Of a DNA stretch of 64,000 nt, positions 29,283-37,058 are shown piece after piece. The position numbers and the translations under genes are program-made. The stretch is from positions 28,340-92,339 of the forward strand of contig JAPYNY010000021.1 of assembly GCA_028283145.1 (NCBI GenBank), read 5' to 3'. The notes beneath the pieces were generated by a model. The model was not told where the DNA came from, did no database searches, and saw only the letters and a list, made by a program, of their open reading frames with translations. Numbering within the stretch: position 1 is the first letter of the stretch; the number at the start of each line of letters is the position of its first letter. The DNA comes from Candidatus Hopanoidivorans cymbastelae. GTDB taxonomy: Bacteria; Actinomycetota; Acidimicrobiia; Acidimicrobiales; Hopanoidiivorantaceae.

Positions 29283-30074
29283 CTAGACAGTGTCTGGCAC
29301 CTCTATCTCGCCGTCAATAATTTGCTGCCTGAAGTCATTCAGCTGGTCGGCGATGTCATCCACAAAGCCTCCCGTGGTGGAATAGCCAACACCGTCGGAG
29401 GCCAAGTTGAATGTCTGCACGCCACTCAAGCACTCTCCGCTGTTGGCGGCTGCGATCGTGTCGTAAACCGAAACGTCCACTCGCTTGAGCATGGATGTCA
29501 AAATGAACTCACGCACACTTTCATCAGCGGTGTTGTACTGGTCGGAGTCAACTCCGATAGCCCAAACTTTGGAACCGTTTGTATCTGAATATTCCTTGGC
29601 TGCTTCAAACAGCCCAACTCCCGAGCCTCCAGCTGCGTGGTAGATAATGTCAGCCCCGTCGCTGTACATTCTGTCGGAGATGATCCTGGCGCCAGCCGGG
29701 TCATTGAAGCCGTCAAAATCAGGGGGCTCAGTGATGTATTGGGAATCAACTTGGATACTTGGATTGACTGCTGCCACACCTGCTTTGAAACCAGCTTCGA
29801 AACGCTGAATCAGATTGGTGTTGACGCCGCCGATGAAACCAACCCTGTTGGTCTGGGTCTTGAGAGCTGCAGCCGCGCCTACTAGGAACGAACCCTCGTG
29901 TTCAGCAAACAGCAGCATAGCAACGTTGTCAGTTGCCTCCTCAATAAATCCGTCCACAATCCCAAAACAAGTATCAGGATTGTCATCGTCACCGCAACCA
30001 GCTGCTATCAGGGCTGTCGCCAGCAAGACTCCCAAGATGGTCGTCAGCAAACGAAACAGTGATTTTCTTTTCAT
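29283..30074 (-). CDS. BMP-family (Med/PnrA-like) ABC substrate-binding lipoprotein, abnormally short
   Basis: I start it at ATG 30074 (MKRKSLFRLLTTILGVLLATALIAAGC, a signal peptide plus lipobox) rather than at 30173. It has BMP motifs EHEGSFLVGAAAALKT and VGFIGG. The mature part is only ~240 aa and appears to lack the first ~100 aa of the family. Confidence 0.65.
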   Translation of the reverse strand: MKRKSLFRLLTTILGVLLATALIAAGCGDDDNPDTCFGIVDGFIEEATDNVAMLLFAEHEGSFLVGAAAALKTQTNRVGFIGGVNTNLIQRFEAGFKAGVAAVNPSIQVDSQYITEPPDFDGFNDPAGARIISDRMYSDGADIIYHAAGGSGVGLFEAAKEYSDTNGSKVWAIGVDSDQYNTADESVREFILTSMLKRVDVSVYDTIAAANSGECLSGVQTFNLASDGVGYSTTGGFVDDIADQLNDFRQQIIDGEIEVPDTV

Positions 30075-30404
30075 GGTTTTGTCTCCTTGGTTTATTGTTG
30101 ATGGGGTAGGAATGCCCCGGTGTTTTGTAAAGAAGTTGAAAACTTTAGCCGTGCAGAAAGACCCAAAATTCAACTTGCTGCTACTTGTCGTTTCTTAGAT
30201 AATAGCACAAAATTTACTTGCAGTCCATAAAAACCGCCAATTATCTTTGTGAACTTTTTTGGAGGCTTGGGGCTTGGCGCAAGCCAAACCCGACCTAATG
30301 GCTGGCCTGGCAAGCCGTTGTGTGTGCTCGCTTTGAATAGCGTTGCGCCCGCATCCCCTGACCCTTCGGCCCAAAAGATTGCCAGCGCAATAGGCTGACT
30401 TTAA

Positions 30405-31397
30405 ATGTATTTGGATGTTGCCCAAGCCCTGCCTGAGATAGCTCCAGACCTCAAGCGCGTTGAGGAACGCCTGCTTCTGGAGGTTGACAGCGACCTGACC
30501 TTCATCACCCAAGTTGCTAGCCATCTCATAGTTGCCGGGGGCAAGCGGATTCGCCCCAGCCTGACTTTGGCTTGCGCGGGCATCGCCGCCAGCCCCGTAC
30601 CTGAGGCTTCCATCATGGGGGGCGTGGCGGTGGAGCTGGTACATCTGGGCTCGCTGCATCATGACGATGTTATGGACAAAGCCGCTACCCGCCGAAATGT
30701 GGCCAGCGTAAATGAAAAGTGGGACGAAATCACAGCGGTGCTCTCAGGCGATTTTTTGCTGGCCAAGGCATCTGTGCTGGCGGCGCAGGTGGGGACTGAA
30801 TTTTCGGAACTGCTGGCTTCTACCATTGCTGAGTTGTGTGAAGGGCAAATCAGAGAACACCAAGATGCCTACAACTGCGACCGAACCGTTGAAAGCTACG
30901 AAAAATCCATCAGCGGCAAAACCGCCTCCCTGCTGTCTACTTCTTGTCGTGTCGGCGGCATCACCGCTGAGCTTTCGTCTGAGGAGATAGCATCGGTTAC
31001 GGAATTCGGCAGAAGCTACGGCATGGCTTTTCAGATTCTGGATGATATCAACGATCTGATCGGAGACCACAGCGTTCTGGGCAAACCAAGCGGTCAAGAC
31101 GTCATGGAAGGCAATTACACTCTGCCAGTGCTGATAACGTTGGATTCTCCCGCTGGAGATGAACTCAGGCATTTGCTGGCTGAAGAAATGCAGCCTCCGC
31201 AGTTGGAGCGAGTTTTGGAGTTGGTGCGCTGTGGCTCAGGGATCAGGCAAGCTAAAGATGCAGCGCATGGCTGGGCCAGCAAAGCCATCAACGCTCTTGA
31301 TGCACTACGGAACAATTCCCACTCTGACAAACTGCGCACTGCGGCCCAGAACTTGGCTGAATCAATGCTAGGGAATGTGGCCGCGACTGCCGTCTAG
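30405..31397 (+). CDS. polyprenyl diphosphate synthase (trans-isoprenyl diphosphate synthase family)
   Basis: First and second Asp-rich motifs LHHDDVMD and FQILDDINDL; 330 aa. Confidence 0.85.
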   Translation: MYLDVAQALPEIAPDLKRVEERLLLEVDSDLTFITQVASHLIVAGGKRIRPSLTLACAGIAASPVPEASIMGGVAVELVHLGSLHHDDVMDKAATRRNVASVNEKWDEITAVLSGDFLLAKASVLAAQVGTEFSELLASTIAELCEGQIREHQDAYNCDRTVESYEKSISGKTASLLSTSCRVGGITAELSSEEIASVTEFGRSYGMAFQILDDINDLIGDHSVLGKPSGQDVMEGNYTLPVLITLDSPAGDELRHLLAEEMQPPQLERVLELVRCGSGIRQAKDAAHGWASKAINALDALRNNSHSDKLRTAAQNLAESMLGNVAATAV

Positions 31398-31471
31398 AAC
31401 TAGCAAAGAGCACACCCAACGTAAAGAGCACATCTAGAAAAGTCGAGGCGATTGAACGGTCGTCTGGGGGG

Positions 31472-32031
31472 TTAGTTGGTTTGGATTTGGTTGTTTTGGT
31501 TGTCGTAGGCGCTGCAGCTTTCTTGGTCTGGGTTTACGCGGATTTCGGTTATTTCGCCACCGAAGGCGAATCCGTCTGGGCTGCCCTCACCTATTGTGAT
31601 GGGGTCTGTTCCTGTTTCGGAGTCGAATACTGATGTGGGTATTTCAAACAAATACACTATGGGTTCATTTGGTTCTATAGGTCCCGTCATCGAATGGCAC
31701 TGAGCGAAGGAAAGTGATGTTGTCGGAGTGAATTGTTTGGATAGTTAAGGGAGGGAACCAGAGGCAGACTGGTATGCAGCCGATTGCTGAGCCTTGGAGA
31801 TGGGTTGCCTGCTCGGTCGTTGCCGTTTTTGCCTTTTGCTCCGGCAGCTGCCAGGGTGGTGTCGTGAATTTCGGCTGCGTTGCATGGGCTTTTGATGTCG
31901 GCGGTTTGTTCTTGCAGATCGTCTGATGAATTCCTGGTGATGGCTGCGATGATCACGCCGGTGGCTGCAGCAATGAGCTCCAGCACTGCGGTTACGACCA
32001 GGATCTAAATGGTGTAGCCCTTTTCACTCAT
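31472..32031 (-). pseudogene. possible decayed type IV pilin-like gene (in-frame TAG plus frame break)
   Basis: The minus strand reads ATG(32031) MSEKGYTI-TAG-ILVVTAVLELIAAATGVIIAAITRNSSDDLQEQ.... This is a short charged leader, a Gly, then a ~22-aa hydrophobic helix, resembling a prepilin class III signal. The reading frame then changes at an ATGA (31687-31690) into ORF 31472-31690. Confidence 0.25.
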
Positions 32032-32152
32032 TGTTTGTTTACGTTTGTTGCTTTGGCTGGTTTTTGGGTTAGTTTTTTGCCTAAATTTTTCTAGATTTAA
32101 ATCATTTTCATAAAATGCGTTTTCTTGCAATAATTTTATTATACTAAGTGTT

Positions 32153-32605
32153 GTGAACCACAAAGCTACTGCAAAAGGCTGTTTCAATGCAACTAAAAGA
32201 TTCGTGCGCGGCGTAGTAGGGTCGTGTCCCCGCCGGCGTTTTGTTTTCAGTTTTCGTTCTGGTGTTTGTGTTTCGGTTGGTGTTTTGTTGGTGTCGCAGT
32301 TGTTGGTGGTTGATGTTGGGCAGGCTGTTGCGCAAAGCCCTTCTGGGGCTATGTCGGCTGTGAATAAGCCGATTGTGCTTTCTGGTCGTGTCGGCAGTGA
32401 TGTCATTCGTGGAGGGTTGGGGAATGATTTGATTTATGGAGGCTTGGGCGATGACAAGGTTTACGGCGCCGGAGGCAGTGACACGATCAGAGGTAATGCC
32501 GGTTTTGATGTGATCTATGGAGAGTTAGCGACTGATATGATTTTGGGTTTATCTCATGAGGATTTTGTGATATATGAGACCTACAGGACAAGAGGGCAGC
32601 GATGA
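32153..32605 (+). CDS. module 1 gene A: small secreted beta-roll (RTX-type nonapeptide) protein, 5 repeats
   Basis: The N-terminus PRRRFVFSFRSGVCVSVGVLLVSQLLVVDVGQAVAQ looks like a Sec/Tat signal. Next come GRVGSDVIR GGLGNDLIY GGLGDDKVY GAGGSDTIR GNAGFDVIY. The conserved tail is GELATDMILGLSHEDFVIYETY. The stop overlaps the B1 start (ATGA). The true start may be an internal GTG. Confidence 0.7.
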   Translation: MNHKATAKGCFNATKRFVRGVVGSCPRRRFVFSFRSGVCVSVGVLLVSQLLVVDVGQAVAQSPSGAMSAVNKPIVLSGRVGSDVIRGGLGNDLIYGGLGDDKVYGAGGSDTIRGNAGFDVIYGELATDMILGLSHEDFVIYETYRTRGQR

Positions 32606-33438
32606 AAAGTAAGCTGCCTAAGCTGTTTCGTGTTGTTGCTGCTGTTATTTCCATTGCGACTTTGGCTGGAGTCTCACTGACTGCTGTTTTAAGCTTTGAT
32701 GAAGATGACAGTATTGTTCATATTTTCTCCGCATATGTTAGTAACGAAAATATTGATAATATAGACATTTCTTGGGATGCCTCGGCTCTAGTTCATACCT
32801 ATCCATCTAACAGGTTTGGATTTGAAATTGATATTTCTGAGCCTGAGTGCTCATATTGCACAAGTCATTCTATAGAATTGCGAAAGGCAGGCGTTAAAGT
32901 AGGTGAAGTTCAATTAAAATCTTGGCGCACATGGAATGACCTGTATGATGGAGCTGGTAGACAAGTGGGTGTGTTCAATTTATATCTTGAAGGTCGTGTG
33001 GTGGATCCTCCCGATTATGATAGTTTCGTTTTAAAGAAAAATAGAGGTGAAGTAAAACTAGCTAATGTTGAGCCGCCACCTTATCCCTTTTATCCTCTTT
33101 TCCCTCAAACTTTTGCACGACTTTTTACAGATAAAATATTTACTTCTAATGGGCCAATCAAGTTTACTTTGGCTGTGACAAATGATTCAGATAATGATTG
33201 GGAGTATCAAGTTTTTTGGAGATATACAAACGATTCAAGCGATTCTTTCGACGACCCGTCTTTGTCCTGGGGAAGATTCCCAAGATCTGAGTCTAAAATT
33301 ATTCCTGCAGGCACTTCTGAAGTCGAGATAGATCTCACAGGCATGATACCAAAGACAGATCGGGCACAAGTTACTGTCGCTGTTTTCGACGGGTATCACA
33401 CACACTATACTGACAGTGGGCCATTTAGCGTAAGATGA
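32602..33438 (+). CDS. module 1 gene B: N-terminally membrane-anchored ~280-aa protein of unknown family
   Basis: TM helix LFRVVAAVISIATLAGVSLTAVL, a conserved Cys pair SEPECSYC, and two beta-rich segments. By eye it is about 80% identical to B4 and about 50% to B3. GAGGG lies 8 nt upstream of the ATG inside A1. Confidence 0.7.
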   Translation: MKSKLPKLFRVVAAVISIATLAGVSLTAVLSFDEDDSIVHIFSAYVSNENIDNIDISWDASALVHTYPSNRFGFEIDISEPECSYCTSHSIELRKAGVKVGEVQLKSWRTWNDLYDGAGRQVGVFNLYLEGRVVDPPDYDSFVLKKNRGEVKLANVEPPPYPFYPLFPQTFARLFTDKIFTSNGPIKFTLAVTNDSDNDWEYQVFWRYTNDSSDSFDDPSLSWGRFPRSESKIIPAGTSEVEIDLTGMIPKTDRAQVTVAVFDGYHTHYTDSGPFSVR

Positions 33439-33484
33439 AAAAACTGAGGCACAATTCAAAACATTTATAATATCGAATATTTGC

Positions 33485-33554
33485 ATGAAACTTCCATTAA
33501 ATACTGAGATGTGCCGCAAAACTAACATCAGAAAAGAGCCACACATTGCTAAAT
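33485..33554 (+). repeat. conserved 70-nt post-B element, copy 1
   Basis: ATGAAACTTCCATTAAATACTGAGATGTGCCGCAAAACTAACATCAGAAAAGAGCCACACATTGCTAAAT aligns without gaps to the copies at 36177 and 37953. Confidence 0.8.
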
Positions 33555-33718
33555 CTTGGTATCCAGCAAATGACATGGTCGCAGGTGGGCGTGGTGCGGA
33601 CCAGCTGTTCGGTGAGGACGACGATGATGTTTTGGAGGGTGGTGATGGGCCTGATGTGATTCACGGTGGGCGAGGCAACGATACGATCAGGGGCGGTTTG
33701 CAGTTCCAGAAATTGTGA
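33485..33718 (+). pseudogene. module 2 gene A remnant: truncated RTX-repeat ORF
   Basis: GGRGADQLF GEDDDDVLE GGDGPDVIH GGRGNDTIR G, then the frame runs into a stop (GLQFQKL*). It lacks the conserved NAGFDVIY...SHEDFVIYE tail and has no signal peptide. Confidence 0.6.
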
Positions 33719-34658
33719 AGGTTATGTTTTAGAGTTTCGGGACAGTTCAGGTACCAGCCTAAAAAGAAGAGCCTTGAGATCTGGGACAATAAACTCAACC
33801 TTTTCAACTGAAGATGGTAGAATTGGAGGCAGTACTGAAATTTATCTAGAAGGTTATGTCCTCAATTTACCTGATTATCATAGCTATGCTTTGTTGAAAG
33901 ATGGTGAGGAATTAACTGCAGTGAAGCGGTCTGCTCATACTCCGACTGCTAGTATTTCTGGTATTTCGAAAAACCAAATTATTGATGGGAATGAAGCAGT
34001 TATGTTTTCTTTATCTGTTGAAGATAAGGACGGTGATGATTTAACTTATCAATTGTTCAAAACTGATGAAGACAACAATTACGAGCAATTGCAACTTGCT
34101 AATTGGTCGAGTTTTATTTCTGCAGGTACATCTTCTGTCGAGATAAAGATTCCGAATTTTCATTTCTCCAAAACTGATGCGGCTAGGATGGCTGTCTCGG
34201 TGTCCGATGGGACTCATTCACTGCTTGCGGAAACTCCAACTTTTACAATAGGAGAACGGCCTCCCATAGCACAAATTATTAAGCCCCAAGAATCAAGAAA
34301 GCACTTGGAGATAACAGGAATAGAGCCTCAGTTACTAGACGCAGAAGAAGACACCTATGATGCTAGTGGAAGGCTATCAGAAAACGGATGCCGGACTATA
34401 GACAGAGCTTGTCTTTTATTGTCAGGTTTTGGCAGAGATTTTGATGAGCGTCAGTTATCATCTAATCGTGACGCTTATAGTTGGAGTAGCAACATTGATG
34501 GACATTTAGGAATTGGTAGCACTTTGAGGATTTCAAGCCATGAACTCACACTTGGCCTTCACACCATCACCTTTACCTGGACCAACAGCCAAGGAATATC
34601 AGCTACCGACACAGCAGATATCTTCATAGAACAAGCCAGTAGCGCAACCCCAAACTAG
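33666..34658 (+). CDS. module 2 gene B variant: anchor-less B paralogue with an extra C-terminal Ig/PKD-like domain (possibly a pseudogene or chimera)
   Basis: Homology to B starts mid-protein: CSSRNCEGYVLEF aligns with SEPECRSRKCWGYTIEL of B3, IYLEGYVLNLPDYHSYALLKDGEE with LYLEGHMVNPPEYTSYVLKKNGEE, and SAGTSSVEIKI...AARMAVSVSDGTH with PAGTSEVEIDL...RAQVTVAVFDGYH. It has a DKDGDDLTY cadherin-like motif. An added ~130 aa ends in AYSWSSNIDGHLGIGSTLRISSHELTLGLHTITFTWTNSQG. It starts at a GTG with no SD and has no TM helix. Confidence 0.45.
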   Translation: MGEATIRSGAVCSSRNCEGYVLEFRDSSGTSLKRRALRSGTINSTFSTEDGRIGGSTEIYLEGYVLNLPDYHSYALLKDGEELTAVKRSAHTPTASISGISKNQIIDGNEAVMFSLSVEDKDGDDLTYQLFKTDEDNNYEQLQLANWSSFISAGTSSVEIKIPNFHFSKTDAARMAVSVSDGTHSLLAETPTFTIGERPPIAQIIKPQESRKHLEITGIEPQLLDAEEDTYDASGRLSENGCRTIDRACLLLSGFGRDFDERQLSSNRDAYSWSSNIDGHLGIGSTLRISSHELTLGLHTITFTWTNSQGISATDTADIFIEQASSATPN

Positions 34659-34771
34659 AAACAGGCCACTGACTTGTCAAACCGATTACTAGCAACATAA
34701 AGCTATAATGCTATTCAGGGTTCAACAGAACAGGACACTATAATAAATGACACCTACATATCCACAGAGCC

Positions 34772-35278
34772 ATGATGCCCGCGCTTGTTATTTCTAGGGT
34801 TCTTTCAGTATCCACTCTGCCTAGGGTTGCGTCGCTTGTAGCATATGGCTCAACTGGAGGTAAAGATATTTTAACTGAGGGCAATGACACGTTTATGGAC
34901 ACCAACGGGGCTGATGTAATTTGCGGGTTGGATGGTAATGATTTCATTGACAGCAGATTAGGCGGCGACACAATTTTGGGCGGCACTGGCGATGACAGGG
35001 TTTACGACACTGGAGGCAGTGACACGATTGATGGCGGCCCAGGTGCTGACCTGTTGTTCGGCGACAATGACAATGATACCATAGAGGGTGGGGAAGGGTC
35101 TGACCTGATACATGGAGGTTGGTACGACGATGTGATAAGGGGCGGCCCTGGCAATGGCACGATCAGAGGCAATGCCGGTTTTGATGTGATATACAGAGAA
35201 CTAGCAACTGATACAATTCTGGGTGCATCACATGAGGATTTCGTGATATACGAGAGCTACTCAACCGGGGAACAATGA
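34772..35278 (+). CDS. module 3 gene A: beta-roll (RTX-type) protein, 11 repeats
   Basis: MMPALVISRVLSVSTLPRVASLVAYG leader, 11 consecutive nonamers from DTNGADVIC to GNAGFDVIY, and the tail RELATDTILGASHEDFVIYESY. ATGA overlap with B3. Confidence 0.7.
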   Translation: MMPALVISRVLSVSTLPRVASLVAYGSTGGKDILTEGNDTFMDTNGADVICGLDGNDFIDSRLGGDTILGGTGDDRVYDTGGSDTIDGGPGADLLFGDNDNDTIEGGEGSDLIHGGWYDDVIRGGPGNGTIRGNAGFDVIYRELATDTILGASHEDFVIYESYSTGEQ

Positions 35279-36129
35279 TGAATGGCAAGACACATAGTGG
35301 GTTTCGTATTGTTACTGCGGTCATTTCATTTGCAGTTTTAGCTGGAGTCCTAGTGATGGCCGGGTTTGGCGTGGATAGGAGTGACAGAGTTGTTCATGTT
35401 TTCTCAGCGTATGTCGGCGATGATAGTACTAGCATTGATACTTCTTTGTTTTTTGCCTTTCCGTCTATTGTTATAGTCCGTACTTATCCTTCTGCTATGT
35501 TTGGCCTTGAGATTGATAATTCTGAACCTGAGTGTCGGTCTAGAAAATGTTGGGGTTATACTATCGAGCTGCGCAGGAAAGGAGTTAGAGTAGGCGAGGT
35601 TCCACTGAATGCTTGGGAAACAAGAAATGATCTTTATGATGTAGATGGCAGCCAAATTGGAGTGTTCTCATTATATCTTGAGGGCCATATGGTTAATCCC
35701 CCCGAATACACTAGCTATGTCTTGAAAAAAAATGGCGAGGAAATAACAGTTGTAGAACAAGATTACACTCCTCTCCCTGCTATTTCCATTATTGGTCTCC
35801 CAGAAGAACAATATCGTGATTCTATCAGACCTGAGTACGCTGCTGACGGACCCATAAAGTTTACTTTGTCCGCACAGAACAATTCAAGCTTTGATTGGGA
35901 GTATCAAGTTTTTTGGAAATATGCAAGCGATTCCGAAGAGAGACTATCCTATGAAAAATTTCCAAGATCTGCGGCTGGTATTATTCCTCCAAGTGGCCCT
36001 TTAAGGACTAAGATAGAAATAGATCTCACAGGTCTAATACCGAGAACAAACTGGGCCCAAGTTGGCGTTGCTGTTTACGCTGGGCCTCACACACAATTTG
36101 TTGAAACCGTACCATTTATTGTACGATAA
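35275..36129 (+). CDS. module 3 gene B: membrane-anchored B-family protein (divergent paralogue)
   Basis: TM helix FRIVTAVISFAVLAGVLVMAGF, the Cys pair SEPECRSRKC, and conserved blocks VHVFSAYV, LYLEGHMVNPPEYTSYVLKKNGEE, GPIKFTLSAQNNSSFDWEYQVFWKY and EIDLTGLIPRT. Confidence 0.7.
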   Translation: MMNGKTHSGFRIVTAVISFAVLAGVLVMAGFGVDRSDRVVHVFSAYVGDDSTSIDTSLFFAFPSIVIVRTYPSAMFGLEIDNSEPECRSRKCWGYTIELRRKGVRVGEVPLNAWETRNDLYDVDGSQIGVFSLYLEGHMVNPPEYTSYVLKKNGEEITVVEQDYTPLPAISIIGLPEEQYRDSIRPEYAADGPIKFTLSAQNNSSFDWEYQVFWKYASDSEERLSYEKFPRSAAGIIPPSGPLRTKIEIDLTGLIPRTNWAQVGVAVYAGPHTQFVETVPFIVR

Positions 36130-36176
36130 ATCTGCTAATGTTCACATACTAAAATTTTGTGAAATAGAATAACCTC

Positions 36177-36246
36177 ATGAAACTTTCTTCAAATACTCAG
36201 ATGTGCAACAAAATCAATATCAGAAAAAAGCTGCACATTGCAAAAT
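36177..36246 (+). repeat. conserved 70-nt post-B element, copy 2 (followed by a 2-repeat RTX remnant)
   Basis: ATGAAACTTTCTTCAAATACTCAGATGTGCAACAAAATCAATATCAGAAAAAAGCTGCACATTGCAAAAT is about 80% identical by eye to copy 1. Downstream, LGGDLIHGGLSDDQITGNAG is a decayed RTX stub. Confidence 0.8.
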
Positions 36247-36440
36247 ATCGGCCTTTGGGCGGTGATCTAATTCATGGCGGGCTAAGCGATGATCAGATCA
36301 CGGGCAATGCTGGTCAATGCACAAGCCGAGGTAACTCTGGAGAAGATTTAGCTTCTGTTGAAAAAGAAATAGATATAGCATGGGTACATCAGGGCAAAAC
36401 CACTACCATATATCACGCATACCTACATATTCATAGAACC

Positions 36441-37058
36441 ATGATGAGAGCACGCGTTATTGTTAGAATTTTTTCAGCATTGCCACTGCCTAAGGCTGCA
36501 CCACCTATAGTATTTAGCTCAACCGTGTGCGAGAACAGTCAGCCAGAGAGTGATGACACGCTGATGGGCACCAATGGTGCTGATGTGATTTGTGGCTTTG
36601 GTAGCGATGACTTCATTGATGGCAGAGCTGGTGACGACATCATTTTGGGCGGTGCTGGTAATGATAGGCTTTATGGTCGTGTCGGCAACGATGTCATTCG
36701 TGGGGGGTTGGGGAATGACTTGATTTTGGGTCACCGTAGTGATGATAGACTTTTTGGGGGCTTGGGCGATGACAGGGTTTATGGAGCCGGAGGTAGTGAT
36801 GCGATTGAGGGTGGGCCAGGTGCTGACCGGTTGTTCGGCGACGATGACAATGATTTCATAGAGGGTGGAGAAGGGTCTGACCTGATACATGGCGGGTGGG
36901 GCGATGATGTGATCAGGGGTGGCCCTGGCAATGACACGATCAGGGGCAATGCCGGTTTTGACGTGATCTACAGAGAACTGACAACAGACACGATTCTGGG
37001 TGTATCGCACGAGGATCTGGTGATATATGAGAACTATACGACAAGGAGGCAGCGATGA
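36441..37058 (+). CDS. module 4 gene A: beta-roll (RTX-type) protein, 15 repeats
   Basis: I start it at ATG 36441 (MMRARVIVRIFSALPLPKAAPP), which aligns with the A3 start and its conserved 5' leader, although the ORF stays open back to 36177. It has 15 consecutive nonamers from GTNGADVIC to GNAGFDVIY, the tail RELTTDTILGVSHEDLVIYENY, and an ATGA overlap with B4. Confidence 0.65.
   Translation: MMRARVIVRIFSALPLPKAAPPIVFSSTVCENSQPESDDTLMGTNGADVICGFGSDDFIDGRAGDDIILGGAGNDRLYGRVGNDVIRGGLGNDLILGHRSDDRLFGGLGDDRVYGAGGSDAIEGGPGADRLFGDDDNDFIEGGEGSDLIHGGWGDDVIRGGPGNDTIRGNAGFDVIYRELTTDTILGVSHEDLVIYENYTTRRQR

Noticed and set aside
32096-32152. Sigma-70-like promoter (TTGCAA ... TATACT) upstream of A1
   Set aside because: The hexamers TTGCAA (32125-32130) and TATACT (32140-32145) are only 9 nt apart, and no alternative pair with 16-18 nt spacing was found. 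The AT-rich tract probably holds a promoter, but I cannot place it.
32005-32406. 133-aa minus-strand ORF opposite gene A1, and the 163-aa ORF at 36519-37010 opposite A4
   Set aside because: They are antisense translations of RTX-repeat DNA or of low-complexity T/P/N-rich sequence. Only the last 8 codons of 32005-32406 (MSEKGYTI) seem meaningful, as the head of the pilin-like pseudogene.
36177-36440. Longest-ORF start for gene A4 at 36177 (293 aa)
   Set aside because: The first 88 codons consist of the conserved 70-nt post-B element plus a 2-unit decayed RTX stub and filler. The A3 start and its leader align to ATG 36441, so I treat 36177-36440 as open by chance.
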